Part shown: positions 1 through 8,952 of the stretch, piece after piece
Position numbering within the stretch: position 1 is the stretch's first letter
Layout: each line of letters begins with the position of its first letter
From: an uncultured bacterium
GTDB taxonomy: Bacteria; Desulfobacterota_D; UBA1144; Nemesobacterales; UBA2774
Assembly (NCBI GenBank): GCA_963825135.1
Contig: CAWGRW010000009.1
Span: 1,536,001 to 1,600,000 of the forward strand
Length of the DNA stretch: 64,000 nucleotides
Direction: 5' to 3'
The notes under the pieces: model-generated
What the model saw: the letters and a program-made list of their open reading frames with translations, nothing else
What the model was told of the DNA's origin: nothing
Databases searched by the model: none
Translations under genes and position numbers: made by a program

Positions 1-2
1 AG

Positions 3-428
3 GGCGAGGTGCTCAGGTTCACGGCCGTTTCCGTCGGCAACCCGCACTGCGTCGTGTTCTCGGAGACGCTCGACGAAGGGTACACGAGGCTCCTCGGGCC
101 CTTGATCGAGACAGCCGAGCTCTTCCCCAACCGTACGAACGTCCAGTTCGCTCACGTCCTGTCAGGCGACAGGGTCGAGATAATGATTTGGGAGCGCGGG
201 GCCGGCTACACGCTCGCCTCGGGGAGCAGCTCCTGCGCGGTCGCCGCGGCATGCGTGAGGAACGGCCTTACCGACAGCAAGGTGACCGTATCCATGCCGG
301 GCGGCGAGCTCGATATTGAAATAAGGCCGGATTGGTCGATTAGAATGAGGGGGGCGGTGGAAGAGGTCGCTTACGGCACTCTGAGCGACGATTTGATAGG
401 AAGGATAAGCTCGCTCCCGGCGGAATGA
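3..428 (+). CDS. dapF: Diaminopimelate epimerase, C-terminal part (5' end outside the window)
   Basis: GNPHCV, NVQF, WERGAGYTLASG and MPGG motifs; frame is open to the window edge. Confidence 0.88.
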   Translation, partial: GEVLRFTAVSVGNPHCVVFSETLDEGYTRLLGPLIETAELFPNRTNVQFAHVLSGDRVEIMIWERGAGYTLASGSSSCAVAAACVRNGLTDSKVTVSMPGGELDIEIRPDWSIRMRGAVEEVAYGTLSDDLIGRISSLPAE

Positions 429-497
429 TAGATTCATTCTCCGTGATGAGATATTTCGCTCGCCACCATACCTGATACGGGGACATTCGGTCTTATT

Positions 498-1748
498 ATG
501 GAAAAGCTGATACTGACTGCCGAAACGGTTCTGCCTGTTTCCTCCAAACCCTTGAAAAACGCATCCGTACTGATCTCAGGCGGAAAGATCAGGGAGATCG
601 GAAAATCCGCGGCCCTCAGGAAACGCTATAAAGGTATTAACGAAATGGACCTCGGAAAGGGGATACTCCTGCCCGGCTTCGTCAATGCCCATACCCATCT
701 TGAGCTAGGGTGGATGCACGGGAGGCTCCGCGGCTTCAGGGGCTTCACAGGCTGGCTCGGGCAGATAATAAAGGAAAAAAGGGCGGGCGTTACAATCGGA
801 GAGATAATAACATCGGTAGCGGACGGAATCGAAGCTAACATCCGTTCGGGGGTTACGACCGTAGGGGAAATATCCTCATACGGCGGCCTGGACAAACCGC
901 TCCTTAAATCCTCGGGGTTAAGGGCGGTGCTCTTCAAAGAAATACTCGACAGCAATGAACGGCGGACGGATTTCTCGTCTCTCGAAAAGGGCGCGCTCTT
1001 CGAGGAAAGGCTCTTCCCGCATTCACCATATTCGTGCAGTCCAGGGGTGCTGAAAAAAACGCTCAGGTCTCACAGGCGGAACGGCGTCCCCCTCGGCATC
1101 CACCTTGCCGAGAGCCCGGACGAGGTAAAGTTCGTGAGGGGTGAGGAAAACAGCATCGAAAACAAGATATTCCCGCTTATAGATAAAACACCCTTCAGAA
1201 GGCCCCCGTCGGACTCGCCTGTCTCGTATCTCGGGAAACTGGGCCTGCTCGACGGCACGAGAATCACTCTCGTTCACATGGTGCAGGTGAGCGTGAAAGA
1301 GGCGCGGGAGCTGCGCGAGCACGACGCGGCCCTGGTTCTTTGTCCGAGGAGCAATTTTTTTCTTCAGGTCGGGGCCCCTCCCGTAAAGGAATACGCGAAG
1401 TTCGAAAGGATAGGAATGGGGACAGACGGTTTGTCGAGCAACTATAATCTCGACTTTTTCGAGGAGATGAGGTTCCTGCATCTCCTCATGTCGGAGTCCC
1501 AGGGGCAGAGGGCCGCGTATGTTGCCGTCTATGCGGCGACGCTCGGGGGGGCAGGGGCCCTCTATCTCGAGCGTAAGACCGGCAGCATCGAGCCCGGAAA
1601 AGAGGCCGACCTGATATTCCTCGATAACGGCGCCGGATCGGGCGACCCGTATCTCTCCGTGATTTCATCGACCGCGCGGAATGTCGGAATGGTCATGGTC
1701 CGCGGCGAAATTATCCACTCCGGAAAAGCTGCGCGTCCGAACAGGTAG
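498..1748 (+). CDS. Amidohydrolase-family metal-dependent deaminase, probably aminodeoxyfutalosine deaminase (MqnX-like)
   Basis: PGFVNAHTHLE, PHSPYS, HLAES and GTDGLSSN motifs; mqnA/mqnD lie about 7 kb away. Confidence 0.8.
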   Translation: MEKLILTAETVLPVSSKPLKNASVLISGGKIREIGKSAALRKRYKGINEMDLGKGILLPGFVNAHTHLELGWMHGRLRGFRGFTGWLGQIIKEKRAGVTIGEIITSVADGIEANIRSGVTTVGEISSYGGLDKPLLKSSGLRAVLFKEILDSNERRTDFSSLEKGALFEERLFPHSPYSCSPGVLKKTLRSHRRNGVPLGIHLAESPDEVKFVRGEENSIENKIFPLIDKTPFRRPPSDSPVSYLGKLGLLDGTRITLVHMVQVSVKEARELREHDAALVLCPRSNFFLQVGAPPVKEYAKFERIGMGTDGLSSNYNLDFFEEMRFLHLLMSESQGQRAAYVAVYAATLGGAGALYLERKTGSIEPGKEADLIFLDNGAGSGDPYLSVISSTARNVGMVMVRGEIIHSGKAARPNR

Positions 1749-1750
1749 AG

Positions 1751-2797
1751 ATGTCGGGTCTAATCGATAAAATCTTCGTTTACGGCACGCTCCAGCGCGG
1801 GGAAGAGAGGAGCTGCTACATGCGGGACTGCAGGCTCTCGGGGATACTCGAGGTCCCCGGGCGACTATACGATACGGGGCGGGGGTACCCGGCCGCAGTA
1901 TTCGACGGCGAATCGGACTCTACGGTGTCGGGCGAGCTCTACATCATGGAGAGCCCGACTTTGAGGATCGAGGAGCTCGACAGGGTGGAGGGGGTCAGCT
2001 CGGGCCTCTTCAGAAGGTCGAGGATCAAAAACCCCGTCGCGGAATTTTTCTGCTACGAGCCCGGGCCTCTGTTAAAGGACGTCGTCTCCGGCGGGAACAG
2101 GATTCAGGACGGGATATGGAGGACTCACTCGTCACTCGCTTTCACCGACCCCGTCGATTTCGCGCTCAGGTTCGAGTCGCATATAAAAAATAGTTACAAA
2201 GTGCATGCGGAGGAAGGCACGGACGGGATACATCATATAAAAGGACGCGTCCCTGTCATCGTCACGGCCCCTCACGCGACCGCGCACGTGCGCATGGGCA
2301 GTTTGAAGAGGCAGGAGTTCTACACGGGGGCGCTCGCCGTCATGCTTCATTCCCTGACGGGGTGTCATGCGCTCTATACGGACAGGCTGTCTCCGATAGA
2401 CCCCAATTACTCGGACGAATCCCCGTTTAAGGCGAGACTCTCCGAAATAGCGGGGAGATACGGGATAGTATTTTTACTCGACCTGCACGGCACAGGCACT
2501 GAAAGTCCGGGCGACGTCTTCCCCGGAGCGGGAAGCGGCAGGGAGTTCCTAAACGGCGGTCACCGAATATTTGACGAGCTGAATAATGCTGCCGCATCAA
2601 ACGGCATATCGCTCGGCTCTGAGGACGTATTCCCGGCTCAGAGGCAGATGACCGTTACAAGGTTCTCGGCGGCAAGATTGGGCATACCCTCGATGCAGCT
2701 CGAAATAGGCGGGGGTCTCAGGCAGCCGGGGAGTGCGCCCGGGGATTTCACGAGGCTCGTGAATTTTCTGAGGGAATTTATCGGGCGTGTTTGTTGA
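1751..2797 (+). CDS. Fusion of a gamma-glutamylcyclotransferase (AIG2/YtfP-like) domain and an N-formylglutamate amidohydrolase / poly-gamma-glutamate hydrolase-like Zn-hydrolase domain
   Basis: N-terminal FVYGTL, GYPAA, V.GELY, LDRVEG; C-terminal TAPH..E, DPNY, LDLHG, MQLEI. Confidence 0.75.
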   Translation: MSGLIDKIFVYGTLQRGEERSCYMRDCRLSGILEVPGRLYDTGRGYPAAVFDGESDSTVSGELYIMESPTLRIEELDRVEGVSSGLFRRSRIKNPVAEFFCYEPGPLLKDVVSGGNRIQDGIWRTHSSLAFTDPVDFALRFESHIKNSYKVHAEEGTDGIHHIKGRVPVIVTAPHATAHVRMGSLKRQEFYTGALAVMLHSLTGCHALYTDRLSPIDPNYSDESPFKARLSEIAGRYGIVFLLDLHGTGTESPGDVFPGAGSGREFLNGGHRIFDELNNAAASNGISLGSEDVFPAQRQMTVTRFSAARLGIPSMQLEIGGGLRQPGSAPGDFTRLVNFLREFIGRVC

Positions 2798-5675
2798 TCC
2801 TGCCCGCAAGCACCTCTGCTATGTGCTTCACCTTCCTGCCCGTGAAGTGCTCTATCTGATGCCTGCAGGATACGCCCGAGACCGCTATGACGGTTTCGGG
2901 TGAGGCGGTTCTCACGGCGGGGAATAAACGGTCTTCACCGATTGTTCTCGAAACCTCGTAGTGCTCGCTCTCATACCCGAAGGCCCCGGCCATGCCGCAG
3001 CACCCGGCCCCGCTCTCCCTCGCTCGTATGCCCGCGAGGCCGAGCATGCCGAGGGGCGCCTCGACTCCGGTGAGAGACCTCTCGTGACAGTGCCCGTGGT
3101 ATAAGACCTCCTGAGCGTCTCCGCTCCATTCAATTCCGGGCCCTCGTCCCCCCTGCGCGCGGTATAAAAACTCCTCGAGCAGAAACGAGTTCCCGGCGAG
3201 CGATTTGGCGTCTCCGTCCCCCGGCAGGAGATCGGGGTATTCGTCCCTGAACGTGAGTATGCAGCTCGGCTCAGTACCTACGACGGGGATGCCTTCGGCC
3301 GCATATTTTGCGAGGAGCGAGACGTTTTTTCGCGCCATCTCCCTGGCCTGCTCGATTCTCCCTTTGCTGAGCATGGGCCTCCCGCAGCAGGCCCTCCGCC
3401 GCTCGAGCAACACCTCGTATCCGGCGGCCTCGAGCAGCTCGACCGCCGATTTCCCAACCTCCGGATGGTAGTACGTCACCCACGTGTCATGAAAAAAGAG
3501 TACCTTCCTGCCTGATGTTTTCGGACGCGCTTTCCTCGCGTCGAACCATGCCGTGAAGCTCTCCCCGGCCACCTTCGGCAGAGACCGCTCCCTGTGAATC
3601 CCGATACCCGATAAAATCAGTCTCGTGACCGGGTTCCCGATAAGGATGTTCGATAACCCGGGGGCGAGCGAAGCGATACGGCTCGCTTCGTGGACGTCCG
3701 AGAGAACGCGGTCCCTCATACTCATACCGTGCGCTGCGTTGTAGTTGGAAAGGAACTCGGTCTTCATCTTGGCCGCGTCCACCCTCGACGGGCACTCCGT
3801 CTTGCAGGCCTTGCACGATATGCACAGATCAAAGACGCCGTGCATCTCCTTGCCTATGAGCGCCTCTTTCCCGAGCTCCCCGGAGAGCACGGCCCTGAGC
3901 GCGTTGGCGCGCGCCCTGGTCGAGTCCCTCTCGTCGCGTGTGGCCATAAAAGAAGGACACATTACCCCCTCGCCCAGCTTCCTGCACACGCCCTGACCGT
4001 TACACATCCCCACCGCCTGCGGAAATCCGTTGTCGGACGACCAGTCGAGGCCGGTCCTGATTTCGATCGAGCCTGATCTGTTTTTGTATCTGAGGTTCTC
4101 GTCGGGCCTGGCATGGTCAACGACTTTTCCGGGATTGAATATGCCCTCGGGGTCAAACGCCTCTTTAAGCCCCTTCATCGCCCTGTAGAGCTCGGCCCCG
4201 AACAGCTTCTCGTTGAGGTAGCTTCTTTGACAGCCGTCCCCGTGCTCTCCGCTCATCACGCCCCCGTACCTGAGCGCGAGCTTGAAGGCTTCGTCCATGA
4301 GCTCTTTCATCATCAGGACGCCTCCTCCGGTTTTCAGGTTCACAAGCGGCCTTATGTGGAGACAGCCCGCGCTCGCGTGCCCGTAGAATCCGGCCGTTGT
4401 CCCGAGCCGTTTGATAAGCTCCGACACGTCGCGCACATATTCAGGCAGTCTGTCGACCGGGACGGAGACGTCTTCTATGCACGGAATGGGTTTATGGTCG
4501 TCCCTTCTGCTCATCATTATCCCGAGTCCAGCCCGCCTCACTCCCCATATGTTCGCCTGCTCCTCCGGGCTGAAGGCGTAATTGATTTTGCGTACGCCCG
4601 TTCTTTCCTTTAACGAAGCAGCGAGACCCCCGGTCTTTTTTCTTACCTCGGCTTCGCTCGCTCCGTAGAATTCCACAACGAGAAGGGCCTCGGGCTCACC
4701 ATCGACGAACGAGAGCATGGCGCTGAAGCCCGCGTGAGACCTCGCCAGGTTTATGAGCATGGAGTCTATGAGCTCGATCGCGGAAGGGCTATGCCCGAGA
4801 ATTTCGGGCACGGCCTCCATAGCGGAAATGATGCTCCCGAACTGGAGTATGGCGAGCCCGGTAAATTCGGACCTCGGCACGAGCTTGAGAGTGAATTCGG
4901 TCGCGACGCCGAGAGTGCCTTCCGCGCCCGCGAGCAGCCTGGCCGGATTAAACGGGGATTCGAGAAAATAGTTCAGGCTGTAGCCCGACGCCCTCCGCCA
5001 GTGCTTCGGGAAGTCGCGCTTTATCGCCTCCGAATATTTTTCACGCAGCGCGGCCAGGCTCTTAAACAGAAGCCCCGCGCTCCCCCCCTCCTTCGCCCGC
5101 GCGAGGAGCCCGTCTTCGCCGAGGGCTCTGAGCTCGATTGGATTTCCGCCCTGCAGGATCCTTGCGGCCTCGACGTTGTCCCCCGCCATTCCATAGAGTA
5201 TGGAATGGGCCCCCGTGGCGTTATTCCCGACGACGCCTCCCGCGGTCGCTATCCTGACCGTGGACGGGTCGGGGCCGAACATGAGTCCGTACCGCCCGAG
5301 CTGCCGGTTCATCTGCTCAATGTATACGCCCGGCTGGACGCGCGCGGTTTTTGCCTCGGGGTTTATTTCGATGACGCTGTTCAGGTACTTCGAAAAATCG
5401 ATGACGAGCGCCTCTCCCACGGCCTGCCCGGCAAGGCTCGTCCCCCCTCCCCTGGGCAGTATCGCGAAGCCGAGCTTCCGTGCGGTATCGACTGCGGCCG
5501 CCGCGTCCTCCTCCGTCCTCGGTATGACGACGCCGACAGGCTCTATTTCGTAATTGCTCGCGTCCGTGCTGTAGAGGGTTCTGCTGAGGGTATCGAAACA
5601 CACTTCGCCGGTTATGGCTTTCCTGAGCTCTGATTCGAGCTCTGCTCTCGAGCGGTCCGCGTCTGTATTCGACAT
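2778..5675 (-). CDS. FAD-linked, Fe-S-containing 2-hydroxyacid (D-lactate/glycolate, YdiJ-like) dehydrogenase
   Basis: PRGGGTSLAGQ, GHASAGCLH, SGEHGDG, CISCKAC..CP and two CCG domains; start 5675 preferred over 5699. Confidence 0.88.
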   Translation of the reverse strand: MSNTDADRSRAELESELRKAITGEVCFDTLSRTLYSTDASNYEIEPVGVVIPRTEEDAAAAVDTARKLGFAILPRGGGTSLAGQAVGEALVIDFSKYLNSVIEINPEAKTARVQPGVYIEQMNRQLGRYGLMFGPDPSTVRIATAGGVVGNNATGAHSILYGMAGDNVEAARILQGGNPIELRALGEDGLLARAKEGGSAGLLFKSLAALREKYSEAIKRDFPKHWRRASGYSLNYFLESPFNPARLLAGAEGTLGVATEFTLKLVPRSEFTGLAILQFGSIISAMEAVPEILGHSPSAIELIDSMLINLARSHAGFSAMLSFVDGEPEALLVVEFYGASEAEVRKKTGGLAASLKERTGVRKINYAFSPEEQANIWGVRRAGLGIMMSRRDDHKPIPCIEDVSVPVDRLPEYVRDVSELIKRLGTTAGFYGHASAGCLHIRPLVNLKTGGGVLMMKELMDEAFKLALRYGGVMSGEHGDGCQRSYLNEKLFGAELYRAMKGLKEAFDPEGIFNPGKVVDHARPDENLRYKNRSGSIEIRTGLDWSSDNGFPQAVGMCNGQGVCRKLGEGVMCPSFMATRDERDSTRARANALRAVLSGELGKEALIGKEMHGVFDLCISCKACKTECPSRVDAAKMKTEFLSNYNAAHGMSMRDRVLSDVHEASRIASLAPGLSNILIGNPVTRLILSGIGIHRERSLPKVAGESFTAWFDARKARPKTSGRKVLFFHDTWVTYYHPEVGKSAVELLEAAGYEVLLERRRACCGRPMLSKGRIEQAREMARKNVSLLAKYAAEGIPVVGTEPSCILTFRDEYPDLLPGDGDAKSLAGNSFLLEEFLYRAQGGRGPGIEWSGDAQEVLYHGHCHERSLTGVEAPLGMLGLAGIRARESGAGCCGMAGAFGYESEHYEVSRTIGEDRLFPAVRTASPETVIAVSGVSCRHQIEHFTGRKVKHIAEVLAGRINKHAR

Positions 5676-5857
5676 AGGCGGGATTAGTATAACTTGCATG
5701 CCGCCATAATATCCAATTCAGGAGCGGGCCCGTCTCTGCCTCTGATCCCGATTTCGAATATTACTGACTTTGAGAAAATACTGGTATCATTAACTGGTCT
5801 CAAAATGCGCCCTTATCGCGGGCGCGCCGTCTATGTCCGAGCACGAAAAGACCTCAT

Positions 5858-6511
5858 ATGAAATTCGCGATCGTTCCCGTAAAAGACCTCTCTAAAGCAA
5901 AAGAAAGACTGTCCTCGATACTGCCGCAGGACGTGAGGACCGAGCTTGCCTACGCGATGCTCGAGGACGTACTCACGGCGCTCAGGGGATCAAAGCTCCT
6001 GGACCGTGTATTCGTCGTGACGATGGACAGGGCCGCGGTGAAGATAGCCGGGCGAATGGGGGTCGAAGTCATCGAAGAGACCGAGCAGAACGGGGAGAGC
6101 GATTCTGTCGACCGGGCGTCCCGGATATGCGGGGATATGGGAGCCGGATCGGTGCTCGTTATTCCGGGCGATGCCCCCCTGATAAGAACGGAGGACATCG
6201 ACTTTATCGTCGCGAGGCAATCGGTATCCCCCTCGGTCATACTCGTCCCCGCGAGGGACAAGCTGGGTACGAACGCCATATTGAGAACCCCTCCCGACGC
6301 TATCCCGTCCCGGTTCGGCCACGACAGCTTCAGGAAGCACATCGAGGAGGCGGACGGGAAGGGCATCCGGGTTGAATATTACGAGAACGAAAGGGTAGGG
6401 CTCGACATCGACCACCCGGACGATTTGAGAATATTCGCCTCTGAAAAGAGCGGCACCAAAACGTATGAATTACTTTTGAGTAAGAATATCCTGGGCAAGA
6501 TCAGCGAATAA
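5858..6511 (+). CDS. cofC: 2-phospho-L-lactate/PEP guanylyltransferase (F420 biosynthesis)
   Basis: AIVPVK..AKERLS, AMLEDV, PGDAP, GTNA, FG..SF..H and DID.PDDL motifs. Confidence 0.9.
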   Translation: MKFAIVPVKDLSKAKERLSSILPQDVRTELAYAMLEDVLTALRGSKLLDRVFVVTMDRAAVKIAGRMGVEVIEETEQNGESDSVDRASRICGDMGAGSVLVIPGDAPLIRTEDIDFIVARQSVSPSVILVPARDKLGTNAILRTPPDAIPSRFGHDSFRKHIEEADGKGIRVEYYENERVGLDIDHPDDLRIFASEKSGTKTYELLLSKNILGKISE

Positions 6512-6536
6512 TGCGAGAGGGTCCCGCGCTACCCGC

Positions 6537-7970
6537 TCAGTAATTGAGATTGACCACCATGAGTTTCAGTTCGGTCATCTCCTCGATCGCGTACCGGACG
6601 CCTTCCTTCCCGACGCCCGAGTCCTTGACCCCCCCGTAGGGCATGTTCTCGACCCTGAAGCTCGGATAGTCGTTCACGACCACCCCTCCTACATCGAGCG
6701 CGCTGTAGGCCTTAAACGCCTTCTTGATGTCCTTGGTAAAGACCCCTGCCTGTAGCCCGTAGCGTGAGTCGTTGACGGCCTTAAGGGCCTCGTCGAAATC
6801 CCAGTACCTCTCTACGTGCACGACCGGCCCGAACACCTCGCCCTTGCTGACGTCGCATCCGGGGGGCACGCCCGTCAGTATCGCGGGCTCGATGAGAGAG
6901 CCCTCCCTCTTCCCGCCCGTAAGGAGCGTCGCTCCCCTGTCTATTGCGTCCTCTATCCACGCCATTATCCTGTCGGCTGACGCCGCGTCTATGACCGGGC
7001 CCACGTCCGTGTCCTCGAGCATCGGGTCGCCCAGCCTTAACTTTCTGGTCTCTTCGACGAATTTGCTTATGAACCTGTCGAATATCTTTTCATGCACATA
7101 CATCCTCTGCACGGATATGCAGCTTTGACCGGCCTGGTAAAATGCGCCCCACGCGTTCCTGCTCGCGGCGAAATCGAGGTCGGGCGGGTCCTCGTCTATT
7201 ATGGTCGCAGCGTTGCCCCCGAGCTCGAGCGTAACCTTCTTTTTCGGATATTTCCTTTTGAGCTCCCACCCTATGGCGTCGCTCCCGGTGAATGAGACCT
7301 TCTTCACTCTGTCGTCGTCTATCACGGCCTCTATCTCCGCGCCGGGCACGGGCAATATATTGAGCAGTCCGTCGGGCAGTCCCGCCTCGCTGACGACCTC
7401 TCCCAGCATAAGCGCAGAGAGCGGGGTCTGGGACGCGGGCTTGAGCACCATCGCGTTCCCCGACGCTATCGACGGGGCGACTTTATGTGCGACGAGGTTG
7501 AGCGGGAAATTAAACGGGGATATGCCTATGACGACCCCTAACGGAAAGCGTCTCGCCAACCCGAACATCCCATCGCTTCCGGGCGCTATGTCGATCGGGA
7601 TAACCTCGCCTTCGGAGGTCCTGTTCGCTTCCTCGGCCGCGACGGAGAATGTCGTTACGGCGCGGCCCACCTCGACCCTCGCTGTCTTAAGCGGTTTTCC
7701 CCCTTCGAGCACGAGCGTCCTGGCGAACTCCTCTTTCCTCGCGGCGATCCCCTCGGCTATTTTTCTCAATATACCGCTACGCTTGTGGCTCGGGCTTTCT
7801 CTCCATTTCCCGTACGCGCTCTCGGCCGGACCTATTGAGCCTATAGCGGTCTCGCGGTCGGGGACGCTCACTATTCCGGCGGTCTCTCCGTTATAGGGGC
7901 TTCTTATCTCCCTCTTCTTTCTGCCTTTCAGCCACTTGCCGTTTATGAGGTATCCGTATTCCTTGGGCAT
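6537..7970 (-). CDS. NAD(P)-dependent aldehyde dehydrogenase (lactaldehyde-DH/GAPN-like group)
   Basis: PFNFP, KPA, SFTGS, LELGGN, GQSC (catalytic Cys), EVFGP, MPYGGVKDSG; SD GGAG upstream. Confidence 0.92.
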   Translation of the reverse strand: MPKEYGYLINGKWLKGRKKREIRSPYNGETAGIVSVPDRETAIGSIGPAESAYGKWRESPSHKRSGILRKIAEGIAARKEEFARTLVLEGGKPLKTARVEVGRAVTTFSVAAEEANRTSEGEVIPIDIAPGSDGMFGLARRFPLGVVIGISPFNFPLNLVAHKVAPSIASGNAMVLKPASQTPLSALMLGEVVSEAGLPDGLLNILPVPGAEIEAVIDDDRVKKVSFTGSDAIGWELKRKYPKKKVTLELGGNAATIIDEDPPDLDFAASRNAWGAFYQAGQSCISVQRMYVHEKIFDRFISKFVEETRKLRLGDPMLEDTDVGPVIDAASADRIMAWIEDAIDRGATLLTGGKREGSLIEPAILTGVPPGCDVSKGEVFGPVVHVERYWDFDEALKAVNDSRYGLQAGVFTKDIKKAFKAYSALDVGGVVVNDYPSFRVENMPYGGVKDSGVGKEGVRYAIEEMTELKLMVVNLNY

Positions 7971-8006
7971 TACACCGCTCCTATCCTGTGTTGCGAGTTA
8001 TCGATT

Positions 8007-8035
8007 ATTATAAGGCCTGTTGAACCCTTACTCTA
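8007..8035 (-). promoter_or_regulatory. Putative sigma70 promoter for the aldehyde dehydrogenase
   Basis: TAGAGT-17bp-TATAAT on the minus strand, ending about 36 nt before the ATG at 7970. Confidence 0.5.
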
Positions 8036-8093
8036 TCCCGGTCGAGAATATTTATTGGTGATTGATATGAGGAGGGGATTCCGTATCCGGAAT

Positions 8094-8928
8094 CTAGATT
8101 TCGAGTATATCGAGCCTTGCACTTTTCCTTTATAATCCCTTTGTCGTAAGCCCTGTTGAAGAAATATTCGAGCGCGGCCTTTCCTCTCTCCCCGAGTCCT
8201 AGCGTGTATTCGTTTACGTACATAAGCACGAATTTCTCCCCGACGTCCTCGCCGATACCCCTGCCGTATTTCATTGCGTATTCGAGCGCTTCTTTTTTGT
8301 GCGCCAGCCCGTACTCGATGCTCTCCTTATGGGCCCTCAGAATCTCCCTCTGAAGCCCCTCTCCTATGTCCCTCTTCACGACGTTAAGCCCGAGAGGGAG
8401 CGGGAGCGCCGTGTCTTTCGCCCAGAGCTCGCCTATGTCGAATAGCATGTGAAGCCCGGCGTCCTTATACGTGAGCTGTCCCTCGTGTATGAGGAGCCCG
8501 GTCTCTATATCCCCCCTCGCGACTGAGGGCATTATCTCGTCAAACGGCATCTCAACTGGTATGAATCCGTCGGCGAATATGGAGAGGAGGAGGTAAGCGG
8601 AGGTGAGCTTTCCCGGCACTCCTATCTCTTTTCCTTCGAGGCTCGTTACGGGCTCTTTCGAAACCACTATCGGCCCGTATCCCTCTCCCATGCTCGCCCC
8701 GCAGGACATGATTCTGTAATCGTCCTGTACTTTCAGGTATCCGTGCGCGGAGATTGCGGTAGTTTCAAGTTCTTTATTGAGCGCGCGCAAGTTCAGGGAT
8801 TGAATGTCTTCTATCACGTGCTCGAAATCGATCTTGTCCGAAGTCACTTTGCCTGAGGCTATGCCGTAAAACATGAAGGCGTCGTCCGGGTCGGGGCTGT
8901 GTCCGAGTCTCATCGTTATCTTGCTCAA
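8094..8928 (-). CDS. mqnD: 1,4-dihydroxy-6-naphthoate synthase, with one extra base near the 3' end (ORF track reads 8008..8943)
   Basis: GHSPDPDDAFMF, IHEGQL, LPLPLG and MYVNEY motifs; GGAGGG SD before TTG 8928; removing one base near 8123-8126 gives ...ARLDILEI* ending at 8094. Confidence 0.88.
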
Positions 8929-8952
8929 TCTGATTCCCTCCAATCGTTCTTG

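Noticed and set aside
4734..5633. 299-aa plus-strand ORF and other long antisense ORFs (for example 10991..11740, 32882..33616, 49710..50513)
   Set aside because: Shadow frames opposite well-supported genes in GC-rich DNA, with no recognisable motifs
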